64,000 nt of DNA, from NCBI GenBank assembly GCA_016125585.1, contig WGLL01000015.1:47668-111667 (forward strand), in the 5' to 3' direction. The notes beneath the pieces are model-generated. The model made no database searches. It was not told where the DNA came from and was given only the letters and a program-made list of their open reading frames with translations. This DNA is from Caulobacter sp. (GTDB lineage Bacteria > Pseudomonadota > Alphaproteobacteria > Caulobacterales > Caulobacteraceae). The position numbers and the translations under genes are program-made. Of this stretch, positions 1-9,235 are shown piece by piece. Every line of letters starts with the position of its first letter. The first letter of the stretch is position 1.

Positions 1-2
1 TG

Positions 3-602
3 TCGGGCGCGCGGATCTGTGTCCAGGCGGGGACGACGTCGGAACTCAATCTGGCGGACTTTTTCAAGATCCGCGGCATCCACATGACCCCGGTGCCGGC
101 GACCTCAGCCGAGGACGCGCGCAACCGCTATCAGCGCGAGGAATGCGACGCCCTGACCGCCGACATCTCCAGCCTGGCCTCGAGCCGGGCGGTGATGGAC
201 AATCCCGGCGCCCATGTGCTGCTGCCCGATGTCATCTCCAAGGAGCCGATGGGGCCGGTGGTGCGGCAGGGCGATCCTGGCTGGACCGACATCGTTCGCT
301 GGACGCTCAACGCCATGATCCTGGCCGAGGAACTGGGCCTGGATTCCAGGACCGTAAAGGCGGCGCGCACCGAGTCGACCAATCCGGAGGTTCGCCGTCT
401 GCTGGGGGTTGATGACAAGCTGGGCGCCGGCCTGGGTCTGTCCGGGGACTGGGCTTACCGCATCATCAGCCAGGTCGGCTCCTACGGCGAGGTCTTCGAC
501 CGCAATCTCGGCGCCTCCTCGGGCCTCGACCTGGCGCGGGGCCAGAACGCCCTGTGGACCGCCGAGAAGCCCGGCCTGATGTATTCGCCGCCGGCGAGGT
601 AG
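3..602 (+). CDS. aapJ: General L-amino acid ABC transporter substrate-binding protein (AapJ/BztA family), 5'-truncated by the window edge
   Basis: Frame is open from position 3 (SGARICVQAGTTSELNLADFF...). Contains ISKEPMGPVVRQGD and VGSYGEVFDRNLG and ends in LMYSPPAR, typical of AapJ. Confidence 0.85.
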   Translation, partial: SGARICVQAGTTSELNLADFFKIRGIHMTPVPATSAEDARNRYQREECDALTADISSLASSRAVMDNPGAHVLLPDVISKEPMGPVVRQGDPGWTDIVRWTLNAMILAEELGLDSRTVKAARTESTNPEVRRLLGVDDKLGAGLGLSGDWAYRIISQVGSYGEVFDRNLGASSGLDLARGQNALWTAEKPGLMYSPPAR

Positions 603-620
603 GGCCCCGCTTCGACGCCG

Positions 621-1472
621 CTATTGCGCCGGACCGGTCACCACCTCGGTGTCGTCGCGGCCGCCCCATTCCGCCCAGGAGCCGTCGTAGACGGCGGTGC
701 GGTCGCGGCCCAGGCGCGCCAGGGCCAAAGCCAGGATGCCGGCGGTGATGCCCGAGCCGCAGGTGGTGACGATGGGACGGTCCAGGGACACGCCCGCCGC
801 CTCGAACACGGCCCGCAGCTGTTCGGCGCTCTTCATGGTGCCGTCAGGGGCCAGGACGCTGGAGGAGGGCACGTTGCGCGCGCCCGGCATGTGACCGCCG
901 CGCACGCCGGGACGGGGCTCCGGCGCCTCGCCGGTGAAGCGGGCGGCGGGCCTGGCGTCGACCAGCTGTTCGCGGCCGCTGGCCAGGGCGCGACGGACCT
1001 GGGCCAGGTCGCGCACCAGGTCGTTGTTGTAGCGGGTGGTGAAGTGGCGCTCGCGCGGCGGCGGGACGCCGTCCTCGATCGGCCGGCCCTCGGCGATCCA
1101 TTTGGGCAGGCCGCCGTCGAGCACCGCCACATCCTCGTGGCCCATGGCCCGGAAGGTCCACCAGACCCGCGCCGCCGAGAACAGGCCCTGGCTGTCATAG
1201 ATGACCAGCCGCACCCCGTCTCCGAGACCGATCTTGCGGACCCGAGAGGCGAACTTCACCGGCGAGGGCAGCATGTGGGGCAGGTCGGTGGAGTCGTCGA
1301 CGATGTCGTCGATGTCGAAGAAGACCGCGCCGGGAATGTGGGCCACGGCGAATTCGGCGCGGGGGTCGCGGGACTCGCCGGGCAGGAACCAGCTGGCGTC
1401 GATGATGCGCACATCGGGCGCCTCGAGGTGTTCAGCCAGCCAGGCCGTGGAGACGAGCGGGTCCAGCGCCAT
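621..1472 (-). CDS. sseA: 3-mercaptopyruvate sulfurtransferase (tandem rhodanese)
   Basis: LVSTAWLAEHL, HIPGAVFFDID, GHMPGARN, active loop CGSGITA, YDGSWAEWG. Confidence 0.93.
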   Translation of the reverse strand: MALDPLVSTAWLAEHLEAPDVRIIDASWFLPGESRDPRAEFAVAHIPGAVFFDIDDIVDDSTDLPHMLPSPVKFASRVRKIGLGDGVRLVIYDSQGLFSAARVWWTFRAMGHEDVAVLDGGLPKWIAEGRPIEDGVPPPRERHFTTRYNNDLVRDLAQVRRALASGREQLVDARPAARFTGEAPEPRPGVRGGHMPGARNVPSSSVLAPDGTMKSAEQLRAVFEAAGVSLDRPIVTTCGSGITAGILALALARLGRDRTAVYDGSWAEWGGRDDTEVVTGPAQ

Positions 1473-1587
1473 GCGGAAAGGTCCTTCCTGGGGTCACGCC
1501 GGCATCGGGAAGACTCACCCCAATTCCAGACAACGTGATCTATTTCAATTCGTTAGAGCAATCTTATGCGACGGGTAGGGCCCCAGT

Positions 1588-2601
1588 CTAACGCATTCCG
1601 CTCTGGAGCCAATCGGGTGTCGGCAGCCCCTTTTCGGCCAGGAAGGCCGGATTGAAAAGCTTGCTCTGGTATCGCGAGCCATGATCGCACAGCACCGTCA
1701 CGATGGTGTGGCCCGGCCCCAGCTCCCGCGCCAGGCGGATGGCGCCGGCGACATTGATGCCGCTGGAGCCGCCCATCAGCAGACCCTCGTGGCTGGCCAG
1801 GTCGAAGACGATCCGCAGCATCTCCTCGTCGTCGATGCGCCAGCTGTGGTCGGGGCGGAAGCCCTCGAGGTTGGCGGTGATGCGGCCCTGGCCGATGCCT
1901 TCGGTGATCGAACCGCCCTCCGACTTCAGCTCGCCGGTGGTGTAGTAGCTGTGCAGCGCCGCGCCGTAAGGGTCGGCCAGGCCGATGCGGACCTTTGGAT
2001 TGCGCGCCCGCAGCGCCGCCGCCACCCCCGCCAGGGTGCCGCCGGAGCCGACCGCGCAGATGAAGCCGTCGACGCCCCCGGCGGTCTGTTCCCAGATCTC
2101 CGGCCCGGTGGTCTCCTCATGGGCCCGGCGGTTGGCGACATTGTCGAACTGGTTGGCCCAGATGGCGCCGGCCGGCTCACGGGCGTTCAGTTCCTCGGCC
2201 AGGCGACCGGAATAGCGGACGTAGTTGTCGGGATTGGAATAGGGCGCGGCGTCGACCTCGACCAGCTCGGCCCCGGCCAGGCGGATGGCGTCCTTCTTCT
2301 CCTGGCTCTGGGTGCGGGGCATGACGATGGTGGTGCGGTAGCCGAGCGCCGAGGCGACCATGGCCAGGCCGATGCCGGTATTGCCCGCCGTGCCCTCGAC
2401 GATGCGGCCGCCGGGCCGCAGCCGGCCGCTGTCGATGGCGTCCTGGATGATGTAGCGCGCCGCCCGGTCCTTGACCGACTGGCCCGGATTCATGAACTCG
2501 GCCTTGCCGAGAATCTCACAGCCGGTGGCCTCGCTGGCGGCCCGCAGGCGGATCAGCGGCGTATTGCCAATAGCCTCGATCACACTTGGGTTTGCAGACA
2601 T
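1588..2601 (-). CDS. cysK: Cysteine synthase (O-acetylserine thiol-lyase)
   Basis: IGNTPLIRL, KAEFMNPGQSVKDR (PLP lysine), EGTAGNTG, GSGGT, EGIG. Confidence 0.92.
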   Translation of the reverse strand: MSANPSVIEAIGNTPLIRLRAASEATGCEILGKAEFMNPGQSVKDRAARYIIQDAIDSGRLRPGGRIVEGTAGNTGIGLAMVASALGYRTTIVMPRTQSQEKKDAIRLAGAELVEVDAAPYSNPDNYVRYSGRLAEELNAREPAGAIWANQFDNVANRRAHEETTGPEIWEQTAGGVDGFICAVGSGGTLAGVAAALRARNPKVRIGLADPYGAALHSYYTTGELKSEGGSITEGIGQGRITANLEGFRPDHSWRIDDEEMLRIVFDLASHEGLLMGGSSGINVAGAIRLARELGPGHTIVTVLCDHGSRYQSKLFNPAFLAEKGLPTPDWLQSGMR

Positions 2602-2677
2602 GCGCCGGGCCTCGACTGTTGCGTCCTGGCCCTTCTAGATCGTCATGCCGGCGGCGAGCGCAAGGCCCGAAATTCTA

Positions 2678-3913
2678 TCAGCCCCGCGAGAGTCCCAACT
2701 GGATCACATTGGTCCGCTCGCTGCGGAAGCCCGCCTCGCAATAGGCGAGGTAGAAGCGCCACAGGCGGCGGAACCGCTCGTCGAAGCCCTGGGCCCGCAC
2801 CTGGTCCCACACCGCGTCGAAGCGGTGCAGCCACTGGTTCAGGGTGTCGGCGTAGCACTGGCCGAAGCGGTTGACCCCGGTCCAGTCGAGGCCGGCGCGG
2901 TCGGTCTGTTCCTTCAGCTTGCCCTCGCTGGGCAGCATGCCGCCGGGGAAGATGTACTTCTGGATGAAGTCGGCGTGGCGGCGGTAGTGGTCGAAGAACT
3001 CGTCGCGGATGGTGATGATCTGCAGGCCGGCGCGGCCCCCGGGCGACAGCACCTCGTGGATCTTGCCGAAATAGGTCGGCCAGTATTCCTGACCCACCGC
3101 CTCGAACATCTCGATGGAGGCGACCCGGTCGAAGCGGCCGTCCACGTCGCGGTAGTCGATCAGCTGGATCTTCGCCTTCTCGGCCAGGCCGGCCTTGAAC
3201 AATCGCTCCCGGGCGTAGTCGTACTGGGCCTGGGAGATGGTGATGCCGGTCACGTTCGCCCCGACCTCGCGGGCGGCGAACTCGGCGAACCCGCCCCAGC
3301 CGCAGCCGATTTCAAGAACCGTCTGATCGGGCTTCAGGTCGATGGACCGGGCCAGGGCCGCATACTTCTCGTGCTGGGCGGCTTCCAGCGGCTGGTCGGC
3401 GCTTTCGAACCGGGCCGAGGAGTAGGTCATCGACGGGTCGAGCCACAGCTCATAGAAGCTGTTGCCCAGGTCGTAATGGGCGTGGATGTTCTTCCTCGCC
3501 CCCTCGCGGTCGTTGCGCCGCATCAGGTGGACGATGAAGTTGTAGGCCTTGACCAGAGGATTGCCGGCCATGATCCGGCCGATCTGATCGAGGTTGAAGG
3601 TGAAGGCGGTCAGCAGGGCCGGCAGGTCGGGGGTGTCCCATTCGCCGGCCATATAGCCCTCGGCGAACCCGATGTCGGCCGCCGACATCACCCGGCCGAT
3701 GGCCCGGTAGTCCCTGACGATCAGCTCGGCGGTCGGCCCGGCCTCGCGGCCGCGGAAGGTGAGCCGGCGTCCGCTCGGCATCACGACGTCAAGATTGCCC
3801 GTCGTCCAGTTGGTCCGGAGCACCTTCATGGCCGTGCGGAAGGTCGCCGGCGCGGCCCTGAAGTCAGGCGCTTCCCAGTCGGACGAGGTGGCGTTCACGG
3901 CGAATTCGCTCAT
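2678..3913 (-). CDS. cfa: Cyclopropane-fatty-acyl-phospholipid synthase family SAM methyltransferase (CfaS/UfaM-like)
   Basis: NIHAHYDLGNSFY, MTYSSA, VLEIGCGWG, SIEMFEAVG, FIQKYIFPGGMLPS, YLAYCEAGF. Start placed at ATG 3913, which has GAGGAG upstream. Confidence 0.92.
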   Translation of the reverse strand: MSEFAVNATSSDWEAPDFRAAPATFRTAMKVLRTNWTTGNLDVVMPSGRRLTFRGREAGPTAELIVRDYRAIGRVMSAADIGFAEGYMAGEWDTPDLPALLTAFTFNLDQIGRIMAGNPLVKAYNFIVHLMRRNDREGARKNIHAHYDLGNSFYELWLDPSMTYSSARFESADQPLEAAQHEKYAALARSIDLKPDQTVLEIGCGWGGFAEFAAREVGANVTGITISQAQYDYARERLFKAGLAEKAKIQLIDYRDVDGRFDRVASIEMFEAVGQEYWPTYFGKIHEVLSPGGRAGLQIITIRDEFFDHYRRHADFIQKYIFPGGMLPSEGKLKEQTDRAGLDWTGVNRFGQCYADTLNQWLHRFDAVWDQVRAQGFDERFRRLWRFYLAYCEAGFRSERTNVIQLGLSRG

Positions 3914-3997
3914 CTTCGCTCCTCTGACTTTGCTGAAGTTTAACACTGTTTTGCGGTTGCGCGACCCCCGGTCGGGCAACCTGGGGGCGCCCCTGGG

Positions 3998-4876
3998 TCA
4001 GGCGGCGGCGGATCGGGGCCGGACCTTGTCGATCGGGCCGGCGGGACGTTTGCAAGGCGCCGCCCCCCGCGAGGCCTCGCCGCGGCTCGCCGACGCCCTG
4101 GGGCCGGGCGGTCTGGCGCCGAAGGGCGCGCCCTTCAACCACAGCCGCAGGGCCTCCCAGTGAATGGCCAGCACCACCTTGGCCGTCATCAGGGGGATGG
4201 ACCAGAACAGCGCCGCAAGCTTTTGATCACAAAGCGTTTCGCGGCGGGCTTCCTGGGTGGCGACGAAGTCAGGCTGGCCGTCGACGGCCTTGACGATGGT
4301 CATGTCGAAGGTCTCGCCCGGGGCGGCGATATCGAAGCGATACTCCCCCTCGACCTTGTAGAAGGGAGAGACATAGAGGCGCTTGGTCGCCCGCTGTTGC
4401 TCGCGCGCCGCGCCGCTGGCGGGGATCACATAGGCATGGGTCTGGCCGAAGGTGTTGTTGACCTCATAGACCACTGCTTCCAGCCGCCCGTCGCCGCCAT
4501 GAACGAAGAAGATCGACAGCGGATTGAAGACAAATCCGAGCACCCGGGGAAAACACAGCAGCCTGATGCTCGTCGCCTCGGCCGCGACGCCGGCCTCCCG
4601 CAAACGGGCCGTCACCCAGGGCCGCAGCGAGGCGGTCTGGCGGTCGCCATGGTCGCGGGGCTCAAAGCTCATGACCCCGAAGCGCCCCGGCCGCATCAGC
4701 CTCAGGCCGGAAAGGGCCGTGTCGAGACGGTCGATATCGATCAGGATCTGGAACAGGCGATAGCGGAAGGCGTGGGGCCGGGGGGCGAAGCGCTTGTGCC
4801 AGGTGCTGCCGACATAGAGGCAGGCCGGGGGGAGGCAGGCCGGCGGGAGACAGGCCGGAGAGGCGAAGGGGCTCAT
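3998..4876 (-). CDS. DUF1365 family protein (UfaO-like)
   Basis: LYVGSTWHKRFAP..HAFRY, LLCFPRVLGFVFNPLS, YEVNNTFG, YVSPF. ATGA overlap with the upstream gene. Confidence 0.88.
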   Translation of the reverse strand: MSPFASPACLPPACLPPACLYVGSTWHKRFAPRPHAFRYRLFQILIDIDRLDTALSGLRLMRPGRFGVMSFEPRDHGDRQTASLRPWVTARLREAGVAAEATSIRLLCFPRVLGFVFNPLSIFFVHGGDGRLEAVVYEVNNTFGQTHAYVIPASGAAREQQRATKRLYVSPFYKVEGEYRFDIAAPGETFDMTIVKAVDGQPDFVATQEARRETLCDQKLAALFWSIPLMTAKVVLAIHWEALRLWLKGAPFGARPPGPRASASRGEASRGAAPCKRPAGPIDKVRPRSAAA

Positions 4877-6183
4877 GCCGCCTCGACCTTCGGCGGCGCC
4901 GTCGTGCGGCCGTCAAAGCTGGCGACCCGATGATCAACGAAGTCCCAGGGCACGCGGCCGCCCAACTCCAGGGCGACCTTGACCCCCGAGGTGACCCCGT
5001 CCTCGTGGAAGCCGTAGCCCAGCCAGGCGCCCGCATACCAGACTCCGCCGCGGCCCTGGATGCGGCCGATGCGGCGCTGGGCGGCGAGGGCCGGGGTGTC
5101 GAACTGGGGATGGTCGTAATCGAACTCGGCGATCACCAGGGCCGGGTCGGCGGACGGTCCATTGAGGGTGACAAACAGCGGCTCTGGGGTCTCGAGCATC
5201 TGCAGGTTGTTCATCCAGTAGGTGACGTAAGGCGTTGAAGTTGCTTTGCCATCGTTGATGTAGTTCCAGCTGCCCCAGGCCTGTTTGCGGCCAGGCATCA
5301 GGGCCGGATCGCGATGCAGAACCGCCTTGTTGGGGGCATAGCGCACGGCGCCGAGGAAGGCTCGCTCCTCGGGGTCGGCGTCGGCCAGCAGGCGCAGGCT
5401 CTGGTCGGAGTGGCAGGCGAGGATGACCTGGTCGAAGCGTGCAACCCCGCCGGCGCTGTCTTCAATCATCACCCCGCGCGGGTCCCGCCAGATGCGGCGG
5501 GCGCCGGTCCCCAGCCGCACCCGGTCGCCGAGGATGGCGGCGATCCTGTCGACGTAGGTCTGGCTGCCGCCGACCACCGTCTTCCACAGCGGCGGCGTGA
5601 ACTGCAGCAGCCCATGGTTGGACAGAAACCTGAGGAAGCTTTCCGCCGGGAAATCGCCGATCCGGCCCTCGGTGGTCGACCAGATGGCCGCGCCCATCGG
5701 CAGCAGATAGCGGTCGCGGAAGCCTTCGCAGAAGCCTCTCAGCTTGAGATAGGCCCCCAGGGTCAGATCCTTCAGATCGGCCTTGAGCAGGTCATTGCGC
5801 GCAAGATCATTGAACCGGCGGATGTCATTGAGCATCCACAGGAAGGAAGGGTTCAGCAGATTGCGCTTCTGGGCAAAGACCCCGCGCGGAAAGTTCGACG
5901 ACCACTCCACCCCGCCGCCGGCGCAGGCAAAGCTCATATCGGTCACCTTGGTCTCGACGCCCAGGCTGTCGAGCAGGCCGACGAGGTTGGGATAGTTGCT
6001 CTCGTTGTAGACGATGAAGCCGGTGTCGACCGCCACGGCCTCGCCGGCGCAGTCCACCACCACGGTATTGGCGTGACCGCCCAGCCGGGTTTCCTTCTCA
6101 TAGAGCACGACATCATGCGCGTCTTTCAACGCCAGGGCCGCGCCCAGACCCGAGACTCCCGAACCGATCACCGCGATCTTCAC
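4873..6183 (-). CDS. FAD-dependent oxidoreductase, amine-oxidase family (UfaD-like fatty acid desaturase)
   Basis: KIAVIGSGVSG, RLGGHANT, VDTGFIVYN, YDHPQF, GAWLGYGFHEDG. GTGA overlap with the photolyase gene. Confidence 0.88.
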   Translation of the reverse strand: MKIAVIGSGVSGLGAALALKDAHDVVLYEKETRLGGHANTVVVDCAGEAVAVDTGFIVYNESNYPNLVGLLDSLGVETKVTDMSFACAGGGVEWSSNFPRGVFAQKRNLLNPSFLWMLNDIRRFNDLARNDLLKADLKDLTLGAYLKLRGFCEGFRDRYLLPMGAAIWSTTEGRIGDFPAESFLRFLSNHGLLQFTPPLWKTVVGGSQTYVDRIAAILGDRVRLGTGARRIWRDPRGVMIEDSAGGVARFDQVILACHSDQSLRLLADADPEERAFLGAVRYAPNKAVLHRDPALMPGRKQAWGSWNYINDGKATSTPYVTYWMNNLQMLETPEPLFVTLNGPSADPALVIAEFDYDHPQFDTPALAAQRRIGRIQGRGGVWYAGAWLGYGFHEDGVTSGVKVALELGGRVPWDFVDHRVASFDGRTTAPPKVEAA

Positions 6184-7652
6184 TTGGGCGTCTCTCCCTG
6201 CCGAGTGGCCCTCAGGGCCGAATAGGCCTCCAGCGCGCGGTCACGGGCCTTGCCGTGGTCGACGATGGGGTCCGGATAACGCGGACCGGATGGATGGTCT
6301 TCCGCCGCGAGCAATTCAGATACGTCGCTGTGGGGGAGGTGGATGACCTTGGTTGGCAAATTCCGCAGTTCGGGGACCCAGCGGCGGATGTATTCGCCGT
6401 CGGGATCGAACTTCTGGCCCTGGGTGACAGGATTGAAGATGCGGAAATAGGGAGCGGCGTCGGCGCCGGATCCGGCGACCCACTGCCAGTTGGCGGCGTT
6501 CTGCGCCAGATCGGCGTCCACCAGCGTATCCCAGAACCAGGCCTCGCCCCGCCGCCAGTCGATCATCAGGTCCTTGATCAGGAAGGAGGCGGCGATCATC
6601 CGTACACGGTTGTGCATGAAGCCGGTGGCCCACAATTCCCGCATGCCGGCGTCGACGATCGGATAGCCGGTCCGGCCCCGGGTCCAGGCGGTGAAGGCCG
6701 CCTCGTCGTCCCGCCATTCGAAGGCGTCCCACTCCGGCCGGAAGTTCTTAGTCGCCAGGTCCGGATTGTAGAACAGCAGGTGGTGATGGAATTCCCGCCA
6801 GCCCAGTTCGGACAGGAACTTGTCGACCTGGCGCTCGCTGGCGCCGCGGGCGGCCGCGTCCTGGGCGGCGCGCCAGACCTGCCGCGGGCCGATCTCGCCA
6901 AAGTGCAGGTGCGGAGACAGCCGGGACGTGCCGTCGCGGTCGGGGCGGTCGCGATCGTCGCTGTAGGATTTGATCGCATCGTCGAGAAAGGCCTCCAGGG
7001 CCTCCCGGGCGCCGGCCTCTCCCGGGGCCCAGTCGCCAAAGCCGTCCGACCAGTCCGGCGAGGTCGGATGCAGGCCCCAACTGTCGAGATCATCGCTGTC
7101 AGGCCAGGTTTTGGGGGCGGTCAGACCCTCCGGCGCCGGGTCCGGCGACACCGCGCCGATCCGCTCCCGCGCCGTCCGCCAGTAGGGCGTGTAGACCCGG
7201 TAGGGGTCCCCCGACCCGTTGGCGATCGTCCAGGGCTCGTTCAGCAGGGCGGCGTTGAAGGAGCGGCACGAGATCCCCGCGTCCGTCAGGCGACTCTTGA
7301 GGGCCTTGTCACGCTCGATCACCGCGCCGTCGTAGAGCCGGTTCCAGCACACCGCGCCGGCGCCGGTTTCCTCGACCAGCGCCTCCAGCACCCGCGCCGC
7401 CTCGCCACGGCGCAGGATCAGCCGCGAGCCGCGCGCCTCCAGGTCGGCGGCCAGGGCCCGCAGGGACTTGTCCAGCCACCACAGCGACGCCCCGCCCGGC
7501 GGACGGATCCCGGGCGTCTCATCGAGAATGTACACCGGGATGACCGGTCCTGACGCCGCGGCCGAGAGCGCCGGGTTATCGGCCAGTCTCAGGTCCTGGC
7601 GAAACCACATCAGGGTCGGCGGGGCGGGGGTGTTGGGCTTTGACGTCGTCAC
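6180..7652 (-). CDS. phrA: Deoxyribodipyrimidine (CPD) photolyase
   Basis: MWFRQDLRLADNPAL, TSRLSPHLHFGEI, GRTGYPIVDAGMREL..TGFMHNRVRM, WQWVAGSGADAAPYFRIFNP. Start inferred at GTG 7652; the longer ORF-track start overlaps hldE. Confidence 0.92.
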   Translation of the reverse strand: MTTSKPNTPAPPTLMWFRQDLRLADNPALSAAASGPVIPVYILDETPGIRPPGGASLWWLDKSLRALAADLEARGSRLILRRGEAARVLEALVEETGAGAVCWNRLYDGAVIERDKALKSRLTDAGISCRSFNAALLNEPWTIANGSGDPYRVYTPYWRTARERIGAVSPDPAPEGLTAPKTWPDSDDLDSWGLHPTSPDWSDGFGDWAPGEAGAREALEAFLDDAIKSYSDDRDRPDRDGTSRLSPHLHFGEIGPRQVWRAAQDAAARGASERQVDKFLSELGWREFHHHLLFYNPDLATKNFRPEWDAFEWRDDEAAFTAWTRGRTGYPIVDAGMRELWATGFMHNRVRMIAASFLIKDLMIDWRRGEAWFWDTLVDADLAQNAANWQWVAGSGADAAPYFRIFNPVTQGQKFDPDGEYIRRWVPELRNLPTKVIHLPHSDVSELLAAEDHPSGPRYPDPIVDHGKARDRALEAYSALRATRQGETPK

Positions 7653-7657
7653 GAGGG

Positions 7658-7686
7658 CGATACGGTCTGGGGCGACGGCCGGATCA
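7658..7686 (-). promoter_or_regulatory. SigE(RpoE-ChrR)-type ECF promoter of the phrA operon
   Basis: Minus strand reads TGATCC-N18-TATCG, 5 nt upstream of the phrA GTG. This matches the TGATCC -35 element of the singlet-oxygen SigE regulon, whose known targets include phrA and cfaS. Confidence 0.7.
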
Positions 7687-7764
7687 CCGCAACCGGCGTT
7701 GCATGGCCTTGATGGAGGATCAATTCTTGACCGCCCCCACGTCAAAGAGCACAGCCTGACCTTT

Positions 7765-9228
7765 ATGGAACTGGCCGGTCTGCAAAACCTTCTGGACGCT
7801 GTAACGGGCGCGCGGGTCGCCTGCGTCGGCGACGTCATGATCGATCGCTTCGTCTATGGCGAGGTCAGTCGCACCAGCCCGGAGGCCCCGGTTGCGGTGC
7901 TGGCTCTCGGCCGGGAGTCGGTGATGCTGGGCGGGGCGGGCAATGTGGCGCGCAACGTCGCCGCGCTTGGCGGCAAGGCGGCGCTGGCCGGGATGATCGG
8001 CGACGATCCGGCCGGTCGCGAGGCGCTTGGCCTGATCGGCGGCGAGCCCGGGATGGAAAGTCATCTGGTCACCGACGCGGCGCGGCCGACGACGGTCAAG
8101 ACCCGCTATGTCGCCGCCGGGCAGCAGCTGCTGCGGGTCGATTCGGAAGACCCGGCTCCGGCGACGCGGGACACGGAAAACAGGATCGCCGCCGCGGCCC
8201 GCTACGCCGCCGAGGGCGCCGGGGCCATCCTGCTCTCTGACTACGGCAAGGGCGCCGTGACGCAGAAGGTGATCGAGGCCTGCCTTGAGGCCCGCGCCGC
8301 GGGGGCGGTGCTGATCGTCGACTCCAAGGCCCGCAGCTTTGCCCGCTATGGCGCCGCCGATCTGGTCAAGCCCAATGCCTCCGAACTGGCCCGGGCGACC
8401 GACCTGCCGACCGAGACCGACGAGGAGGTCGAGGCGGCGCTTAAGCACGCGCTGGAACTGTCCCGCTGCAAGGCGGTGCTGGTCACCCGCGCCGCCAAGG
8501 GCATGAGCCTGGCCGTGCGCGGGGAGGGGGTGCGCCACTATCCGGGACGCCCCCGCGAGGTGTTCGACGTGTCCGGCGCCGGCGACACCGCCCTGGCCGC
8601 CCTGGGCCTGGCCCTGGCGGCCGGTCAGTCGATTGATGACGCCGTCACCTTCGCCCTGCTGGCCAGCGGCGTGGTGGTCGGCAAGGCCGGCACCGCCACG
8701 GCGACCCCGCGAGAGCTGGTCGAGGCCGAGATCGCCGCCCATCTGGCCCCGGCCGAAGCCAAGCTGGCCAGTCCGGCGCAAATGGCCGCCCAGGCGGCCG
8801 CCTGGCGCAAGAAGGGCCTCAAGGTCGGCTTCACCAACGGCTGCTTCGACATTCTCCACAAGGGCCATGTCGCCTATCTGGCCCAGGCCCGGGGCTGGTG
8901 CGACCGGCTGATCGTGGCGGTCAACAGCGACAGCTCGGTCAGGGCCCTCAAGGGCGAGGGCCGGCCGGTCAATGACCTGGAATCCCGCGCCGTGGTGCTG
9001 GCGGGCCTGGCCCATGTCGATTTGGTCACGGCCTTCGACGAGGAAACCCCCATCGAGCTGATCCGCGCCGCCCGCCCCGATGTGCTGATCAAGGGCGCCG
9101 ACTACACCGTCGAGGGCGTGGTCGGTCATGAGGAGGTTCTGGGCTGGGGCGGCGAGGTCAGGCTCGCCCCCCTGGTCGACGGCTATTCCACCACCGCCGC
9201 CATCGCCCGCATGACCGCTAAGAACTGA
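7765..9228 (+). CDS. hldE: Bifunctional heptose-7-phosphate kinase / heptose-1-phosphate adenylyltransferase
   Basis: VGDVMIDRF, SPEAPV, GGAGNVARN, DVSGAGDT, TNGCFDILHKGH, GYSTT. Confidence 0.93.
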   Translation: MELAGLQNLLDAVTGARVACVGDVMIDRFVYGEVSRTSPEAPVAVLALGRESVMLGGAGNVARNVAALGGKAALAGMIGDDPAGREALGLIGGEPGMESHLVTDAARPTTVKTRYVAAGQQLLRVDSEDPAPATRDTENRIAAAARYAAEGAGAILLSDYGKGAVTQKVIEACLEARAAGAVLIVDSKARSFARYGAADLVKPNASELARATDLPTETDEEVEAALKHALELSRCKAVLVTRAAKGMSLAVRGEGVRHYPGRPREVFDVSGAGDTALAALGLALAAGQSIDDAVTFALLASGVVVGKAGTATATPRELVEAEIAAHLAPAEAKLASPAQMAAQAAAWRKKGLKVGFTNGCFDILHKGHVAYLAQARGWCDRLIVAVNSDSSVRALKGEGRPVNDLESRAVVLAGLAHVDLVTAFDEETPIELIRAARPDVLIKGADYTVEGVVGHEEVLGWGGEVRLAPLVDGYSTTAAIARMTAKN

Positions 9229-9235
9229 GGACGCC

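Noticed and set aside
7694-7722. Second TGATCC upstream of phrA; also two TGATCC at 23619 and 23651
   Set aside because: None has a matching -10 element at the N18 spacing.
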